Shown here: in pieces, positions 14,080 through 28,145 of the stretch
How positions within the stretch are numbered: position 1 is the first letter of the stretch
Layout of the letters: each line of letters begins with the position of its first letter
Origin: Monocercomonoides exilis PA203
Lineage: Eukaryota > Protista > Preaxostyla
Direction: 5' to 3'
DNA length: 64,000 nt
Assembly (NCBI GenBank): GCA_001643675.2
Contig: LSRY02000047.1
Coordinates: forward strand, 620,001 to 684,000
Notes under the pieces: model-generated
Database searches by the model: none
What the model was told of the DNA's origin: nothing
Seen by the model: only the letters and a program-made list of their open reading frames with translations
Position numbers and translations under genes: made by a program

Positions 14080-17000
14080 AGAGGAGGAGGAGGAGGAAGA
14101 AAGAAAAGAAAAGAAAGAAGAAGAATGAGAAGAAGAAGAAGAATTCATTGAAACTTGTTCTTCTTTAACTGCTTTAAGATAATCCACCATCAAAGAAACA
14201 ATATTTGCATTAGAAGAAAGAGAAGAAGAATTTGAAATAGCTTTCATCAAACATTCTTTCTCTGAAAGTGAATGGAGCAGGCACAAAAATGCTGAATGAA
14301 CAACAAACTTCAACAGAGGTGAGGTAAAAACTGCTTCAGATGCGATTAATGAAGAAGAAGAAGAAGAAGAAGAAGAAATATCATTAACGTTTTGATTATT
14401 TCCTTCCTTCTTATTCTTCATCACCATCATCAGCACATCTTGCAAGAACACAACTAACAGCTCCTGCAGAGGTTGACTCGACAAAACAACCTGTTTGAAA
14501 GAAGAAACAGAAAGAAGATGAGACAGAAAAGCAAGCGAAGAATAAAAAGAAAACAAAATCGTTGATGCTCTTGTTGCGTCATCATCTACTTCCTCTTCTT
14601 CCTCTTCCTCTCCTTCTCCTTCTTTTCCTCCTTCTTTCTCCTTCTCTTTCTCTTTCTCCTTCTCTGCTTTCAATAAAGAAGGTCCAACCCATGTTCCATT
14701 GCAGATGTTGTGTATGTTCATGAATTCTGTGCTAATCACATTGAAAACTTGAGTCTGAAAACCAGGAAAAGTGCTAAGATCAGCAATGAATGGGGAAGAG
14801 AGGGGAGAAAGAGAAGAAGAGGAAGAAGAAGAGGAAGAGGGAGAAGAGGGAGAAGAAGAAGATGATGAAGATGAAGATGAAGATGATGTAATGTCAGATA
14901 AGAAGAGAGAAGAAGAGAGGGAAGAAAGAAGAGAGTTAGAAAGTGAGTGTGAAGGGGTTAACGATGTGATGATGGAGGAAGAGAAAGAAGAAGAGGAAGA
15001 GGAAGAAGAAGAAGAAGAAGAAGAGAAAATTGAAGCTACAGAAGAAATAGAAGCGAAAAGCGAGTAAATAGCAGCAACAGATGAACGAAGCGAACTAAAC
15101 TGATCTTCTGGATGAGTTGTAAGAGAAGAAAGAAGAGAAGAAAGTGAAGAAGAAGAAGAAGAATTTGAAGAAGGAGAAGAAGAAGGAGCAATGGAAGTGA
15201 TGGCAGCATCAGCAAATGAGCAGAGCCACGCCATCATTTGTGAAGAGCTCATTGATTCGAAGAAGGATTTTGGGTCACCTGAAGGAAGAGAGATGGAATA
15301 GCGATGGGGAACAGGGGAAGAAAAGGAAGAGGCAATGAAGAGATAAGAAGAGGAAGAAGCAGGAGAGAGAAAAGAAAGAGAAGAAGAAGAAGAATTACTT
15401 TGTTCTTTCTCCTTCTCCATTTCTTTCTCCATTTCTATTTCTTTCTCCTTCTCCTTCACATAAACTGGCAGGTGAGTCAGCAGAAAAGCAGAGATTGAGC
15501 ACAAAGACTCAACAAGTGTTACATCATTCTCCATTGCCTGTGTAAATAGCTGGCTAATAATTTCATCTATTGGATGGGGGGAAGAGGTTAATGAAGAAGA
15601 AGAGGAAGAAGAAGAAGAAAATGAAGCTATAACAGCTGATATAGAAGAAGAAGGTGTAGAAGAAGAGGAAGAAGAGGAGGAAGAAGATGATTGAGAAAGA
15701 GGTGTAAAAATGTGGAAGAGAGAGGCAAGTGTTTTGAGGAGGACGTGTTCAGGAACAGGAACTAGAGAAGTGTGGAGATGTTGTTTGACGAATTCTGAGT
15801 GGAATGGAGGGGGAAAATGAGAGAGAATGAGAAAAAGAAAGAAAGAAAGAAAGAAAAAGAATAAGAATATATAAACAGATTATTTATAAAAGGACAAAAT
15901 AAAAAAAAAAAAATCAAATTCAGTTCGACAATAAAATGACTTTATATTTTTTTTAAAAAAAAAATGTTTTTTTAATTATTAAAACCCTGACATTATCCTT
16001 TTCTTCCCACCAAACACACTCACTCACATACCAGAAGCCGTCAAATCTGCATTCACCGCATTCCCACTATCAGAAACAGGCGCTGCCGATGCGTTGTTCT
16101 TCACAAACGAGCCAACGGGACTTATTCTGTTCATAAATGAGGCGATTGTGCTGATCAGAAGAGACAAAAATGTTATTCCGCCGTTTTTGTCTGAAAATCC
16201 GCTTTTCAGTGAGTTCGAAAGGAGACTAAATAGGGAGTTCAGAACACCACTGTCGAGGAGGGGAAGAATAAGGGAATCTAAAAAATTGATAAGTTAAGCA
16301 ATAAATACATAAATATATCGATAAACACGTGAAATATATGAATATGAGAAGTATTAATGATAACGAGAGAAATTTGTGAAAAGTCAAAATGTATAAATAT
16401 TATGGTATTATAAAAGTTTTAATAAAAAATATGTTGTTGTTCATTTCATTAAAATAAATATCAGGATGGCATAAAAGAATGAGAAAAAAGGAAGAAAAAG
16501 AAGAAAACTGGACAAATTTATCCCCAAACCTTGTTCAATCATCTTTTCAAGTGCCATTGGCAGTGATTTGATAAGTGATGTATCAGAAGATGCAAATGAC
16601 GAATTTATGGCTTTGATAATGCCGGCAAACAAGCCATCAGGACGATGGCACATTGCTTGAGGAATAGAAGCAGAGGAAGAAGAAGAAGATTGTGCTTCTC
16701 CTCCACTCTTTTCATTCTTCTCTTCCCAGAGCCTTCTCACAATCCATTTTTCCCCTCCGTTTTCTTCGTCTTTCCGGCACTCAACTAGACATCCTTCTTC
16801 TTCACACAGCTGTTTTTTGAGAGAGTTGTCATTCATCCCAAACCAAACACAGCCAATTCCATTTTTAATAACCGTCAAATCACTCCCGCCCCATTCATTG
16901 AGCACATCTCCCATCAGACGCAGAAGATTGCATGACAGAAATGGATTGGAAGATGCTTCACCGCTTCCTTCTTGCTCTTTGGCACTTTTAATGCTGTTGC

Positions 17001-17821
17001 GCCCTTCCGCGTCCATCAAATTCCACAACGCGCCAACGGCAGATTGAACTACAGAAACATCTGACTTCAAAAAATTGTTAAGTGATTCACATATAACTTT
17101 TACAAAGCCTTCTTCGAGAAAGCGTTCTTTTGCTGTATGATCCTTTGCAAGGCGTTGAATGGCTGCACATGTAATTTGAACCACATTCGAATGTTCTTTC
17201 AGATCATGAAGAGATGCCATAAACGCAGAAAACACCGGAAGCTGACTCAAGGTTTTTCTGTGATCCTCCAACAAACTTAAAGACCAAATAACAGAAGTCA
17301 CTTTGTAAATAATGTTAGGATTTTCCTTCCATTTCTCCATCGCTGCAAGAAGTACTGGAAATCCAACTGTAGTCGAAAAACGTTTTGAGTTCACTTCCTT
17401 ATGCAGAAATGATTTCAGAGCATCGCATCCCAACTCAACAATATCACCTCGTTCATTTCTTCACATTGTTGCAAATTTTCCAATTCAAACAAATAAAAAT
17501 TCATTCAACAAATAGAAATGTTAAATTTTTAAAATTAATAAATATTGTGCATACCGGCATAAAGAAAGAACTCCCATGAAAAATTCTTCAGATTCCAAAT
17601 CTTTGTTCTGTATGCATGTTATTTTCTTTGAAAATGCTTTGGTGAAATCAGCTCCAGTTGACAACAGTTGCTCAGAATTGTTAGATGCAACTGCAGCTCT
17701 GAAAGCCGCCAATTTTTCTATATAATTTCAATAAATGATATAACGCATTAAGTTAATTAAGGCAAATTATTTGCATGTTTTTAATATGCGCGCAAATACC
17801 TTGGTTAGCTTTGGATGACAT
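5731..17821 (-). CDS. Giant (~3800-3900 aa) ARM/HEAT-like repeat protein with central ER/K single-alpha-helix region; multi-exon
   Basis: Collinear same-strand ORFs 17521-17712, 16441-17433 (ARM-like VVQSAVGALWNL), 8113-15534 (open upstream to ~15800) and 5731-8001, separated by intron-like AT/pyrimidine-rich gaps. Candidate start ATG TCA TCC AAA GCT AAC CAA G|GTATT at 17821. Joining into one gene is inferred. Confidence 0.7.
9380..13280 (-). repeat. Coding repeat array of 8-residue (K/R)EEEER(L/K/I)(R/K) units, SAH/ER-K type
   Basis: Over 100 imperfect units such as KEEEERLR/KEEEERKR in ORF 8113-15534; near-pure polypyrimidine on the + strand. Confidence 0.9.
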
Positions 17822-18794
17822 AAGATCTTTCAAAATTGGTTAATTTGATCAATGATATTTGATCGTTTTGCATTTTTTTAACATCAATACACTTTTAGAA
17901 GTATAAACATATTAAAAGAATAAATATTAAACTCTATTTGAAAATAATTTATCTCACAGTCAGAAAAAATGGATAATAAACTTGAAAATATGAAATCTTT
18001 AAGAAAAGATATTTGAACAGGGATCTTCCTAATCAGTTTTCCTATTTTTATCAGCTTTTATTGATGGCTCCAATAGATTATATCAAGAACAAATTGAATA
18101 AATGAACATGAAGTTTTTCCAAGTTTTGATTTTTGTGTATTTTGTTTTTTCACAAAAAGTCATATCCACATTACAAAATAATAATTTGAAGCAAAAAGTT
18201 TAAATAGAAAAATATTCATCATAAGACATATGTGATTAAAGAAGTGAGATTAAAAGAGAAATTCAGTTGTACGTGTTGAGCGATGGGCAGTAATAATTCT
18301 TTTCTATTAAAATATTATTTTTTTTTTTCGTTTCATGACGATGAAGTGTGATTCAGTACGTTGCATTTCCTTCAATAAGATTAAAATAATCAGACAGTAA
18401 AATATGCAACAACGGCGAATACCATAATAAAACATTTATTTTCGATCAAATCTTTCAAATGTCTTCTTCAATAAAGTCTTCTGGAACATCTGAGCACATG
18501 ATAAGTGTTTGGACATATATTTTTCGTTTTTGACAATATTCTCGAGTTATATTTTTTTAGAAAAGAGAGATAAAGATTTGTGAATTGGTGCTTTCTTCTT
18601 CTGAAGCTGAGGAAATATTGTTGACTTTGAAATCATTAAAAGAAATTTCTGAAATGGGTTTGCAATGTTTTTAATTGGATGATGTTTTATTTCAAACATA
18701 ATTTTCAAAAGATATTTCTTCTCGTGAGCTGATGATGAAATCGGAGATTCCCTCCCTCCTTTCAACACTGACGTTGAAGGATAATCCGAAAGAA

Positions 18795-20785
18795 ATGATT
18801 GTCATGGCGTCTGATCTTTTACTACAAATTTCTACACAAGACAGTGAAGAAATTTCGAGTTCAACATTACAACATCATTTGATTTCTTTATGCAATGTAG
18901 CGGATGTTTGAAAAATGATTGTTCCATTTAATAATAACTGCTTCGCATTTTATGTAGGTTTCAATCCAAGAGAAGGCAACAAACGTTCTTGTCAGCGCTG
19001 TGCGTGGAATTAAGCAAATTGTGTTATCAAAACAGTGCGATGAATTGTGCTTGGTGATTCTTTCAAACACCAAATTTTTCGCAAAAATGCCTTCTTTGCT
19101 TTTAAGAAAAGAGAAAGAGCAACAGCAGGAAGAACTGTGTGCAGCTTGTTTAGGAATTGTTGGCGAAATGAAAAAGAATGCAAAATGGTGGAAGGAAGGA
19201 TCAAAAAATAAGAATATACAAAAAATTTTGAATACCATTGGGAAAATAAAGAAGAGTTTGGAGAAAAAGACAAAGAAATCAGGCAAGAAAGATGAAAAAA
19301 AAGAGGGAGAGAAAGAGAATTCTTCAGAGAGTGAAGCATTATCGAAGATTGAAGAATTGGTGACTTTATTGGGAAAAGAAAAGAAAGGCAAGAAAGGAAA
19401 GAAAGGAAAGAAGTCTAAGAAGGACGAATCGTCTTCTGAAGAAGACGATGAGAGCAGCACAGACGAACCAGAGGAAAGTGAATCATCTTCGTCTGAATCA
19501 TCTTCGTCTTCTTCCTCTTCTGAAGAAGAAAAAGAAGAAAGTGAAGAATCTGATGAAGGCGACAAGAAAATGAAACGCTCAAAGAAAGACCCAAAAGTGG
19601 CTGGAAAGATTAAAAAAGTTCTAAAGCCTGCTAAAAGTATAATATTTATTTATTTGTTTGTTTGTTTGTTTATTCTTTCAAACTTCTTTTTTCGTACTTA
19701 CAATTTTTCTTTTCTAGTGAAATTCAAGATGCAATTGACAACAGCTTTTACGAGGAAGAAGAAAGGAAAATCGATTTTCTTGAGAGAATCAATCAATTCT
19801 GGTTCTAATGAGTCAATTTTAATTAACTGCCCTATCAAAAAGGGAATTTGGCAATGGTATTTCTTCTTTTTATTTATTTATTTGACTTTATTATTTTTGT
19901 TCTAATTCTATCAAATGATACGATAATTTGTCTCGATTCTCTAAATGAAATACAATTTATTAATTCAGTAAATTAAAGGCTGTTAATTGCAATAACGGAT
20001 TTTGTATGTGATTATGAAGAGAATATTTTTATTCGTTCTTTCTTTTTGGAAAAGATATTTCCATTCTTCTTCTTCCCTGACTTTTCTTTTTCCTTTTTCT
20101 TTTAGAAGATTTTGAAACTTATTATTCTAAAAAAAATTTTTTTTTCTATGAAAATTAATATAAATGTAAATCTCTTGCATATGAAATATTTTTAGGGTTC
20201 GGAGTGTATGCAGAAAAGGCTCCTTGTTTGCCTGGAACAGCCTCGTCAATTGGAATCACACGATATGGAATATCGTTCTTTTCTCAAGGGTATGAATTTT
20301 GCTATAAAATTATGTAATGCTCATTTATGTTTTCTTTTCTTTTCTTTTTCTTTTCTTTTCTTTTCTTTTCTTTTCTTTTCTTTTCTTTTCTTTTTTCTTT
20401 TAACTAATACAAAAATTTCTATTATAAACTCACTCACTTCAATAACTCATCTATATGTATATAATCATAACATCTTCTATTTCTTCCATCACCCAGCTCA
20501 ATCTACTCTCAGGGCATCAGCAGCAGCACCTCAATGCGCGCGAGTACAGGCGACGAAGTGGTGTGTGAAGTAGAATACACAAAGAAAGAGATGATCGTCT
20601 CTTATTATCTGAACGGCAAGCAAGGCGACAAGATTGTGAGGGGCTCCAAAGTGCCGATGCTGTTTGGGGTGTCTGTGTGGATGGTGGGTGAGGTCGTTGA
20701 GTTCTGCTGGGTGAGGCAGGTGTCGAAATCGAGTCGGTCAAAGAAAGTGGCGACAAGCGATGTGTCATTCAACTTAACGATTTAG
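18795..20785 (+). CDS. Hypothetical multi-exon protein with K/E/S-rich linker and possible C-terminal SPRY/B30.2-like beta domain
   Basis: ORFs 19000-19905 and 20534-20785 (IKKGIWQW...ASTGDEVVCEVEYTKKEMIVSYYLNGKQ...VPMLFGVSVW) separated by intron-like T-rich gaps. Start codon uncertain. Confidence 0.45.
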
Positions 20786-20815
20786 GGGGTGGTGTTGAGG
20801 AGAGAAGGGAAGAAG

Positions 20816-20817
<2 letters not shown>

Positions 20818-20882
<65 letters not shown>
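20818..20882. repeat. (GAAA)n microsatellite
   Basis: About 16 tandem GAAA units. Confidence 0.9.
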
Positions 20883-21381
20883 AAAACAGAAGAAAGAATA
20901 TAGCAACCAAAGGGCAAATAAAAAAACATGCAATGAAAGGCATAGTATTTGAAGAGCTAAACGATTTAAGCATAATTGCGGGAAATGAACTTTTTAATTG
21001 TTTTTAAGATTTTTGTTGGTAGTTTTCTGATCAATTGGATTTTCCTTTTTTTTTACAACGTTCATAATACTTCAAGAACATTTTTTTTAATTGTATTGAT
21101 CTTGCAATATTGTAAAGTGAAAAAATAAAATAATCAAAGAATAAACTTCATTTTAGAAAGAAAAAAATGAACTTTTTTTTGCATTTTTCATTTATGCTTC
21201 ACGATAAAACATATCAGTTTGTTCTATTTGCATCTTTCTTTCAACAAATTTTTTATTTAAAAATACTCAAATTTTTAATAATTTACTTGTAAAAAAAAAC
21301 TGAAAAATAAAAAGATGAGAAAAATGCTAATTCAACGTAATCATCATCAACATACAACAACTTATTCCTATTTCCTCTCAA

Positions 21382-23178
21382 TCAGAACGACGGTTGCTTC
21401 ATCCTTCTCAGCGTTGTTCCCACAACTCTCGAAGACAAAAACAACTCCAAAATCTTTTTTCTATCTTCCCCATCAAAATCCCACGAAAAATACGGCGGAT
21501 CACTTCCCGTTTTCAGTCTGAAACTTGCTTTTCTCTCCTTTTGTGCCTCTGTCATCTCCTCTGCCGAGCCAGGAACAGTCCCAAATGTCTTCATTGCTGG
21601 ACTCTCTCTGCCTGCTCTTGTTCCTTCTCCTTCTCCCTCTTCTCCTTCTCCTCTTCCCTCTTCTCCTCCTTCTCCTCCTCTCATTTGCTTCTTCTCTTCG
21701 CTCACTTTCTCTTTCCATATCTTCTTCACACACCTCTTCCACTCCAAAAACAGCTCCCCATCATACTCTCTTTCTCTGTTTCTCCGCCTTTCTCTTTCGC
21801 GTTCTGCTGTTTGTATCTTCTTCTCCTCCAAATTAATCTGCTTTATGATGCTTTCTGCCTGCTGCCTAAGTCTGGCTGTTTGCCGCAAATAAAAAGAAAT
21901 GTAAATACATACATACATACATATAAATATAAAATAAAATCAAATAACAAATGGATGGTCAATTTGCATTAGAAAAGTCAAATTATAAGTGTGACAGCTA
22001 CAACAGTATGAGAATAAATATCAATATAAAATTAAAAAAAAAAAGATTTGCAAGAAATCCATTAATTTTTTTTCCTCAAAAAGTAACTCTTTTCCAATAT
22101 GTCATAGAAAGCGACAGACCTGTTTGCATTTCAGTGGATACTGATTGGTTTTGGTGAGATGTGGAGGAGGGCGAAGACTCATATGCACTTGAAGGGAAAG
22201 CTGGAACTGCGGGCGATAAGAATGTCCTTCTGTTAACTTCTCTTCCAAATGAAGGAGATTCCAGTGAAGAATAATCTCTTTCAGATGCTGCACGTTTCTC
22301 CATTGTGTTAATGTATGCCACTTCTTTTGCTTCGGCTATCTCTTTTCGCAGCTCTTCGTTTTCCTTTCTCAATCGAATCAAATTCAGCAACAGTTCGTTT
22401 GAGACTTCTTCTTCTTTCTTTGCTTGCCTCGACACAATCCTCAGTTCTGCATTCAACTGTGTATTTAAATAGAACAGTTATTCAGCAATCACATAAAAAA
22501 ATCAAATTAAAAAAGCAAATGGAAAATATGATTCATTTAATACGTACTGCAGATGTTGTATTATTCATCTTTTCTAGTCTATCTTCAATTAGTTCAATTA
22601 TTTTATCCGTTTCCTTTTTCTTTTCCATCCAATGCCCTGCATCAAAATCTGGTTGCTTCAAATGAGAAAATATTGATAATTAAATATATTTACAGTTATA
22701 TTACATTCAAACTTTTTGTCTTCTATGTTCCAAATCTTTCTGAATTGATCGAAGATGTTCTTGAAATGAGCGAAACAAAACCTCTTCGTGACCTTTAGCC
22801 TGATGCATTGAGCTAATTTGAATCTGTTCAACGGCATTTTCAACATCCTTGTGTAAGTCTTTCAGTTCATTTATCGTTCGATCCGCAAAGTTTATCTGTT
22901 CTTGCTTTATCAAAAAAAAAAAAACTATAAATATCTAAAAAAATATTTTTTTGTACCACAGCAACACTTGCATGCAACGAGTAAGCGTTGCATCCTTTAT
23001 GATTAGTGCGAACTGCGTCAACTTTCATTTCGCTTTCATCCTGTTGAACTTCATTCTATATGTTGCAAAAACGAAAAAACAATAATCATTTGCGTCATTC
23101 AAAACCAAGTGTCACAGAAAGTGTATTATAAATTAGTTAAATGCAAAAAAAATTTTTTTTCAATACCGTATGATCCAT
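21382..23178 (-). CDS. Hypothetical coiled-coil protein, multi-exon
   Basis: Collinear minus-strand exon-like ORFs 22707-22913, 22076-22456 and 21382-21918 with heptad-rich sequence; candidate start ATG GAT CAT ACG|GTATTG at 23178. Confidence 0.55.
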
Positions 23179-23349
23179 AAAACAATATAAATTATGAGAA
23201 ATTACAATTCTTCAATAAATATTCCTTCAAAACATATTATATGGGATGAAAACCAAAAAAAATACTTTTGTTTTTCTTTTGAAATAAATGCATCTGAAAA
23301 TAGTTTCATTCTCAAAAAATTCTAATCCATGTTTATAATATTTTTGGTT

Positions 23350-23350
<1 letters not shown>

Positions 23351-23402
<52 letters not shown>
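23351..23402. repeat. 52-nt poly(T) tract
   Basis: Uninterrupted T run. Confidence 0.9.
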
Positions 23403-23404
<2 letters not shown>

Positions 23405-23607
23405 TAGGCCTATTTTTAATATATTTTTTTTTAAATAGAAAAAGTGGAATAAAATTGAATTAAGGTTGATAAAAATGCGATAGAACAAATTATTTTTCTA
23501 AATGACTCAATCAATTTTTAACTTCAAATACTGGTTCATCGATCATAAAGATGATTGAACAAAAAATGGTGTGAGATCATATGAAATTTTGCAAATAAAT
23601 AATTGTC

Positions 23608-24700
23608 ATGGAACGATTGAATTTTTTAGGGGTTCTTGAGTGTGCAGAAAAAAGAATAACGCTACCAACGCATACGCAAATAACTCCGGTAGAGAAAAAA
23701 AATTCATTAATAGAAAAAGATTGTCAAAAAAGCGAAGATCCCATTCACGGATTTTTCAGCTTGACAGATTTCACAAGAACAGAATTTGATATGTTGCTTC
23801 TTCTTCTTGATCACGAATTACCTCAACATCGTGGAAAGCAAAAGGCAATTCAAAATATTGACAAACAACTTTTTATTTTACTCAATTTCCTTCATTTGGG
23901 CTCAACATCAATGACGGAACTTTTGACTTATCCATTTTTCAAATCACATAGCTCAGTTACGCAGTTATTTCACAGCATTGTTGGAAACATAAAAGATACG
24001 CTTGTGAATTCGCTATTGATTTTTCGTGAAGATAGAATTAAAGAGTTGCAAGAGGTTGGTCTGATTATGGATTGCACAATTGTGCCTATTAACAGGCCAA
24101 GTGGAAAATTGGCAGATTGAATGAAATTATTTAGTGGAAAACATCATTCTTACTGTGTTAAAGTAGAAATTGGAGTCGATCCAAAGAACAGATTAGCCAG
24201 CACAATCAGCGATTTTTACCCAGGAAGCGTTCATGACTATGAAATTTTCAAAAATCACTATCCAACCTTCACTTAACATCTAAAACGTTCAAAAATCATG
24301 TCAGACTCAGCCTATATTGGAGCAAAAGCAGAACTGGGAGCTATAATTACAAGACCACATGGAACACCATTTCTATCGAAGCACGGAGTTATAGTGAAAA
24401 GGTTTTTTGGACGATTAATGACTTTATTTACTGTATTCAGAAGAAATTGGCCGATGGATATTAAAACAGTTGAAGATTTTTTTATTGTTTCAGTTTGTTT
24501 AACCAATTTTCACATTTCACATAATCCTTTTACGAAATCAGATTGCGAAGCAAACGAGTTGATTATTTACGAACTTCACACTCAATTTTATCAAAAAAAG
24601 GAAGCGAAAAAGGAAGCGAACGAGCAATATTTAATAAGACAAAGAAAAAAACTAAATCTTGCAAATGAGAATTCAACTTTTGAATATTCAAAGTCGATCC
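23608..24700 (+). pseudogene. PIF/Harbinger/ISL2EU (IS5-like, DDE_Tnp_4) transposase pseudogene
   Basis: One reading frame: LIMDCTIVPINRP...*MKLFSGKHHSYCVKVEI...YPGSVHD...*...MSDSAYIG...VIVKRFFGRL, with stops TGA 24118-24120 and TAA 24274-24276. The expected catalytic Glu (VERFFGRL) reads Lys. Confidence 0.8.
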
Positions 24701-26137
24701 AAAGAATTGATTTGTTTTTGTTTTTGCACCCATATTGTTCTTTTGAGCATAAAAAGAACATTTTTTCACTTTCATATTTTCCATTATTTATCATTTTTAG
24801 AAGAATCAACAGAATCAGACAACACATACTGCGAACGGTTTTCAAAGCATTCAGATCAAGAGAAAAAACATAAACATTCATTATTGGAATTAGAAGAAAG
24901 AGAAGAAATAGAAATAGATGATGAATTAACTTCTGAAGAAAAAGAAAAAGAAAAAGAAAAAGAAAAAGAAAAAAGATAAAGTGTAAATTTCAACGATTCT
25001 GAAAGAAATGAAGATAAGTTGAAAGAAATTAAAAGAACAAACGATGATACTAGAAGTTGCCCTTTTTCTTGGTTTCTTCCAGATCAATGGGAATCAACTC
25101 GTCTGCGGAAGTCGACTTCATCTGATCAATATTTATCGAATTCTCCCTTGTCCCTAATAAATACACAATACTCTTCTCAATCTTCACTGAATGAAACGAC
25201 AATTACTACTCAACCACTGTCAAATACTCAAATTTCATCTTTGCAATTTATTTCAACTCATCATATATTTTCTCGACAATCAAATTCTTTTCCATCTTCA
25301 AATTCAAACTTATCTCGTACACGATCTACTTCTTTCTCATCAAATGAAAATCAAAGTCAAACAAAATAACAATCACAATATTTTGCTAACCACATGAATG
25401 CCATTTTTATCATTATCATTAATCTTTATAAACTTTCACCTTTTTTCTCTCTCATCTCTCTCTTTTTTTTAAGAAAAAAGAAAAAGAATTTTTAAAATTA
25501 TAAGATTTTTTCTTTTGTTTTATTTTTCAGCAAAATATATTTTAACTTAAACTTCATTGTCATTCTTTGTTATTTCACAGCCAATTAAAATTGAAGTTGA
25601 AATGAAAATATTGCAAAATATAAAAAAATTTAAGATAATACAATTTGAATCTCGTTAAAAGCTAAAATGGAATATCCAAAACATATTGCAATATACAAAG
25701 CTTGTGCATGTGAAAGAGAAAACATCAATAATAAAAAAAGTCACATTAAAGAAAAATTGACAGAAAAAACTCAAAAATTATTTTATAAATTGATCATACA
25801 CATTTTTTTCTAATGATGAGCCATAATCTTTTGTTCAATTTTCATTCAAAGTTAGTGAAAAATGAGCAAAAACAAAACCTTGCGATCTTTTTGTGTTGAT
25901 CATAAAATTGCCATTTAAACCAAAAAAAAGTCAAAGGGAATTCGAATTAGATTAAGCAAATTTGGATAAGTTGAAGGAAATTGAAATTGAAAAATTTATT
26001 TAAATTTATTGATTCTAACTGAAACAGGTCTATTCCCCAATTAAGTGAATAATTCATATTTTAATCAAATATTTGTTCACAATCAAGAAACTTCACATAA
26101 ATGGAATTTTGAACATGATAAAGCTATTTGGAGTATC

Positions 26138-28145
26138 TTGACACTTTCATAATGACCGGATACTTTCCAAAAGGGCGTACAATAATAGTTGTTGTGGAAA
26201 TATTAATCTGAAATTGAAAAATGAAAATTAATCTATTTTTCTAAATAACTTAGAAACTATTTTTTTTTTGTTGAAGCAAAGTTATGAAACACTTTTAACT
26301 AATAATTTTGATGGAGTTATTGTGAAATTGTTGCACTTTCGCTTTAATAATTAATGTTATGAAAAACAGATGTAAACTTTCGATTTCTTTTTAAAAACAT
26401 GTGTTGAAACCAAAAACTACTGAAAAAATAAATAATTTGAGGCAAAACGGTGGGAAGAAAAGCAAATGAAAGAATTATTGTCGTTTCATTTGCTTTTGAA
26501 ATTGTTCAAATCAAAAAATCAAATAATTTTTATCAAATCTTGTTCGAACAAATAAATTCATCACAAATATAACACTTTTTGTTCATTATGTACCTTGAAA
26601 CGACAATATCTACAGTTTTTAGTTGCAACTGAATATTGAACGCTAAAAAGCTTACACGATCAAGTTTTTATTTCAGTAAAATAAAGTGATCTTGTAACAA
26701 AGAAACTTTTTGACAAATATCTTCTGAAGCACATTCATCTCTGGGGTGTAAATCATATCATTGCATAAATAATCCACCAATTGAGAAGAAAGAATGGATG
26801 AGCTTCAAAATATGTCTAAATTTTTTTGAAAAGTTCCTTTTGTTTAATTTACAAATAAAATTAAAATTTCATATTTCGATTAAATTTCTGTTCCCACTCC
26901 CCAAATTTTCCTCTCAAGAAAATAAAATCTTGATAATGTTGTTGTTTCTATTTTTGTGAAGTTTCGTAAGTGGGAACAGAAATTTGATCGAAATATTAAA
27001 AATTTATTTTATTAGAAAATTAAACAAAAGGAACTTTTCAAGATAATTTAGACATATACTCCAAATAAAAATGAAACATTTCTAAAAATCAAAATGAAGA
27101 TGTTCTCATGTTAATGAGTGTTGTAAAGAGTCATAATGAATTGAAAGATTGTTCAAAGCATTATCTATTCACAGATGAATGAAAATAGTATGCTATATAG
27201 TGTTTTTGAATGCGAAATGGGATGCGATAGAAAACGCTTAAGATATGTCAAAAAAATACAAATAATCAAAAAATTCCGAAAAAAAAATTTGCATATTCCA
27301 GAAATTGGACCATACAACAAGCAATGCTTTGATGAAATCTGTTAAAAATCTATTTGGTTCATAGAAGAGTCATATATGTGGAGCATTCCAAAACGCATTT
27401 CGCAAGGAATGGAATGTTAAGAAAATGTTCTTTTCAATGAAATTTGAAGCGAAATATCATAAAAGGAATGTTATGAAAAAGAAGATGAAGATGAAGGTGA
27501 TGAATACATAGAAATTTTGAAAAATGAACACAAACTCTATTTCTTTCGAGTTAGCTTGTTGCTTGCATCATTTTCGTTCACCATGTTTTCATATATATTC
27601 ACTGATGAAAAGGGTTTAAACGAGAAGATGAAATTGATGTATTGAATGATTTTCAAACTGTTATTTTTTTCGAATGAGTCATTAATGTTTCTGTTCTTCA
27701 TGGATCTTCCTTCAGATGGAGCAATTTCAATAATACATGCAATATTTTCACAAGATCAAAGTTGTCTTTTGGTGATGATCTTTAAAGTCACTGTAAACAT
27801 TTTCTGCTATATTCGGACTGAATATTCGGATGACCTTATTTTGATCTGATTGCAAGTTCACATCTGAAGTGTTCTTCTTTGTCGAACAATTTTTTTTTTA
27901 GCAACACTCACGAAGAATGATCAATCCCTTTTATAATATATGTTCAACCCATCATTAAAGATTTGAAATACATTAATAAAAATACAAAATATGTTCAATC
28001 CATTATTTAGACGACCAATAAGTGTTTGCTATTGAAAAAATGCTTGAAATGAGAAAGAAAGTTTTATCATAAAAAAACACTTGAACCACAATTAAAATTA
28101 TTGCCCGCCTTTTTGGAAAGTGTCCGCCAATTAGGAAAGGTACAA
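26138..28145. mobile_element. Degenerate ~2-kb TIR DNA element containing a nested MITE
   Basis: Imperfect ~60-bp inverted repeats: CTTTCATAATGACCGGATACTTTCCAAAAGGGCGTACAATAAT...TTGTGG (26138-26198) versus the reverse complement of 28086-28145 (CTTTCCTAATTGGCGGACACTTTCCAAAAAGGCGGGCAATAAT...TTGTGG). No intact ORF inside. Confidence 0.55.
26810..27057. mobile_element. 248-bp MITE (copy 2), opposite orientation to copy 1
   Basis: First ~50 nt identical to 210-260; central spacer aligns with the reverse complement of the copy 1 spacer; same length. Confidence 0.85.

Noticed and set aside
23351-23402. Poly(T) as a retroposon tail
   Set aside because: No target duplication or retroelement body seen; a similar poly(A) run occurs at ~45550-45586.
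24118-24276. In-frame TGA/TAA in transposases as evidence of stop-codon reassignment
   Set aside because: The same genes have frameshifts or a lost catalytic residue, and host genes end in TAA, TAG and TGA; ordinary decay explains them.
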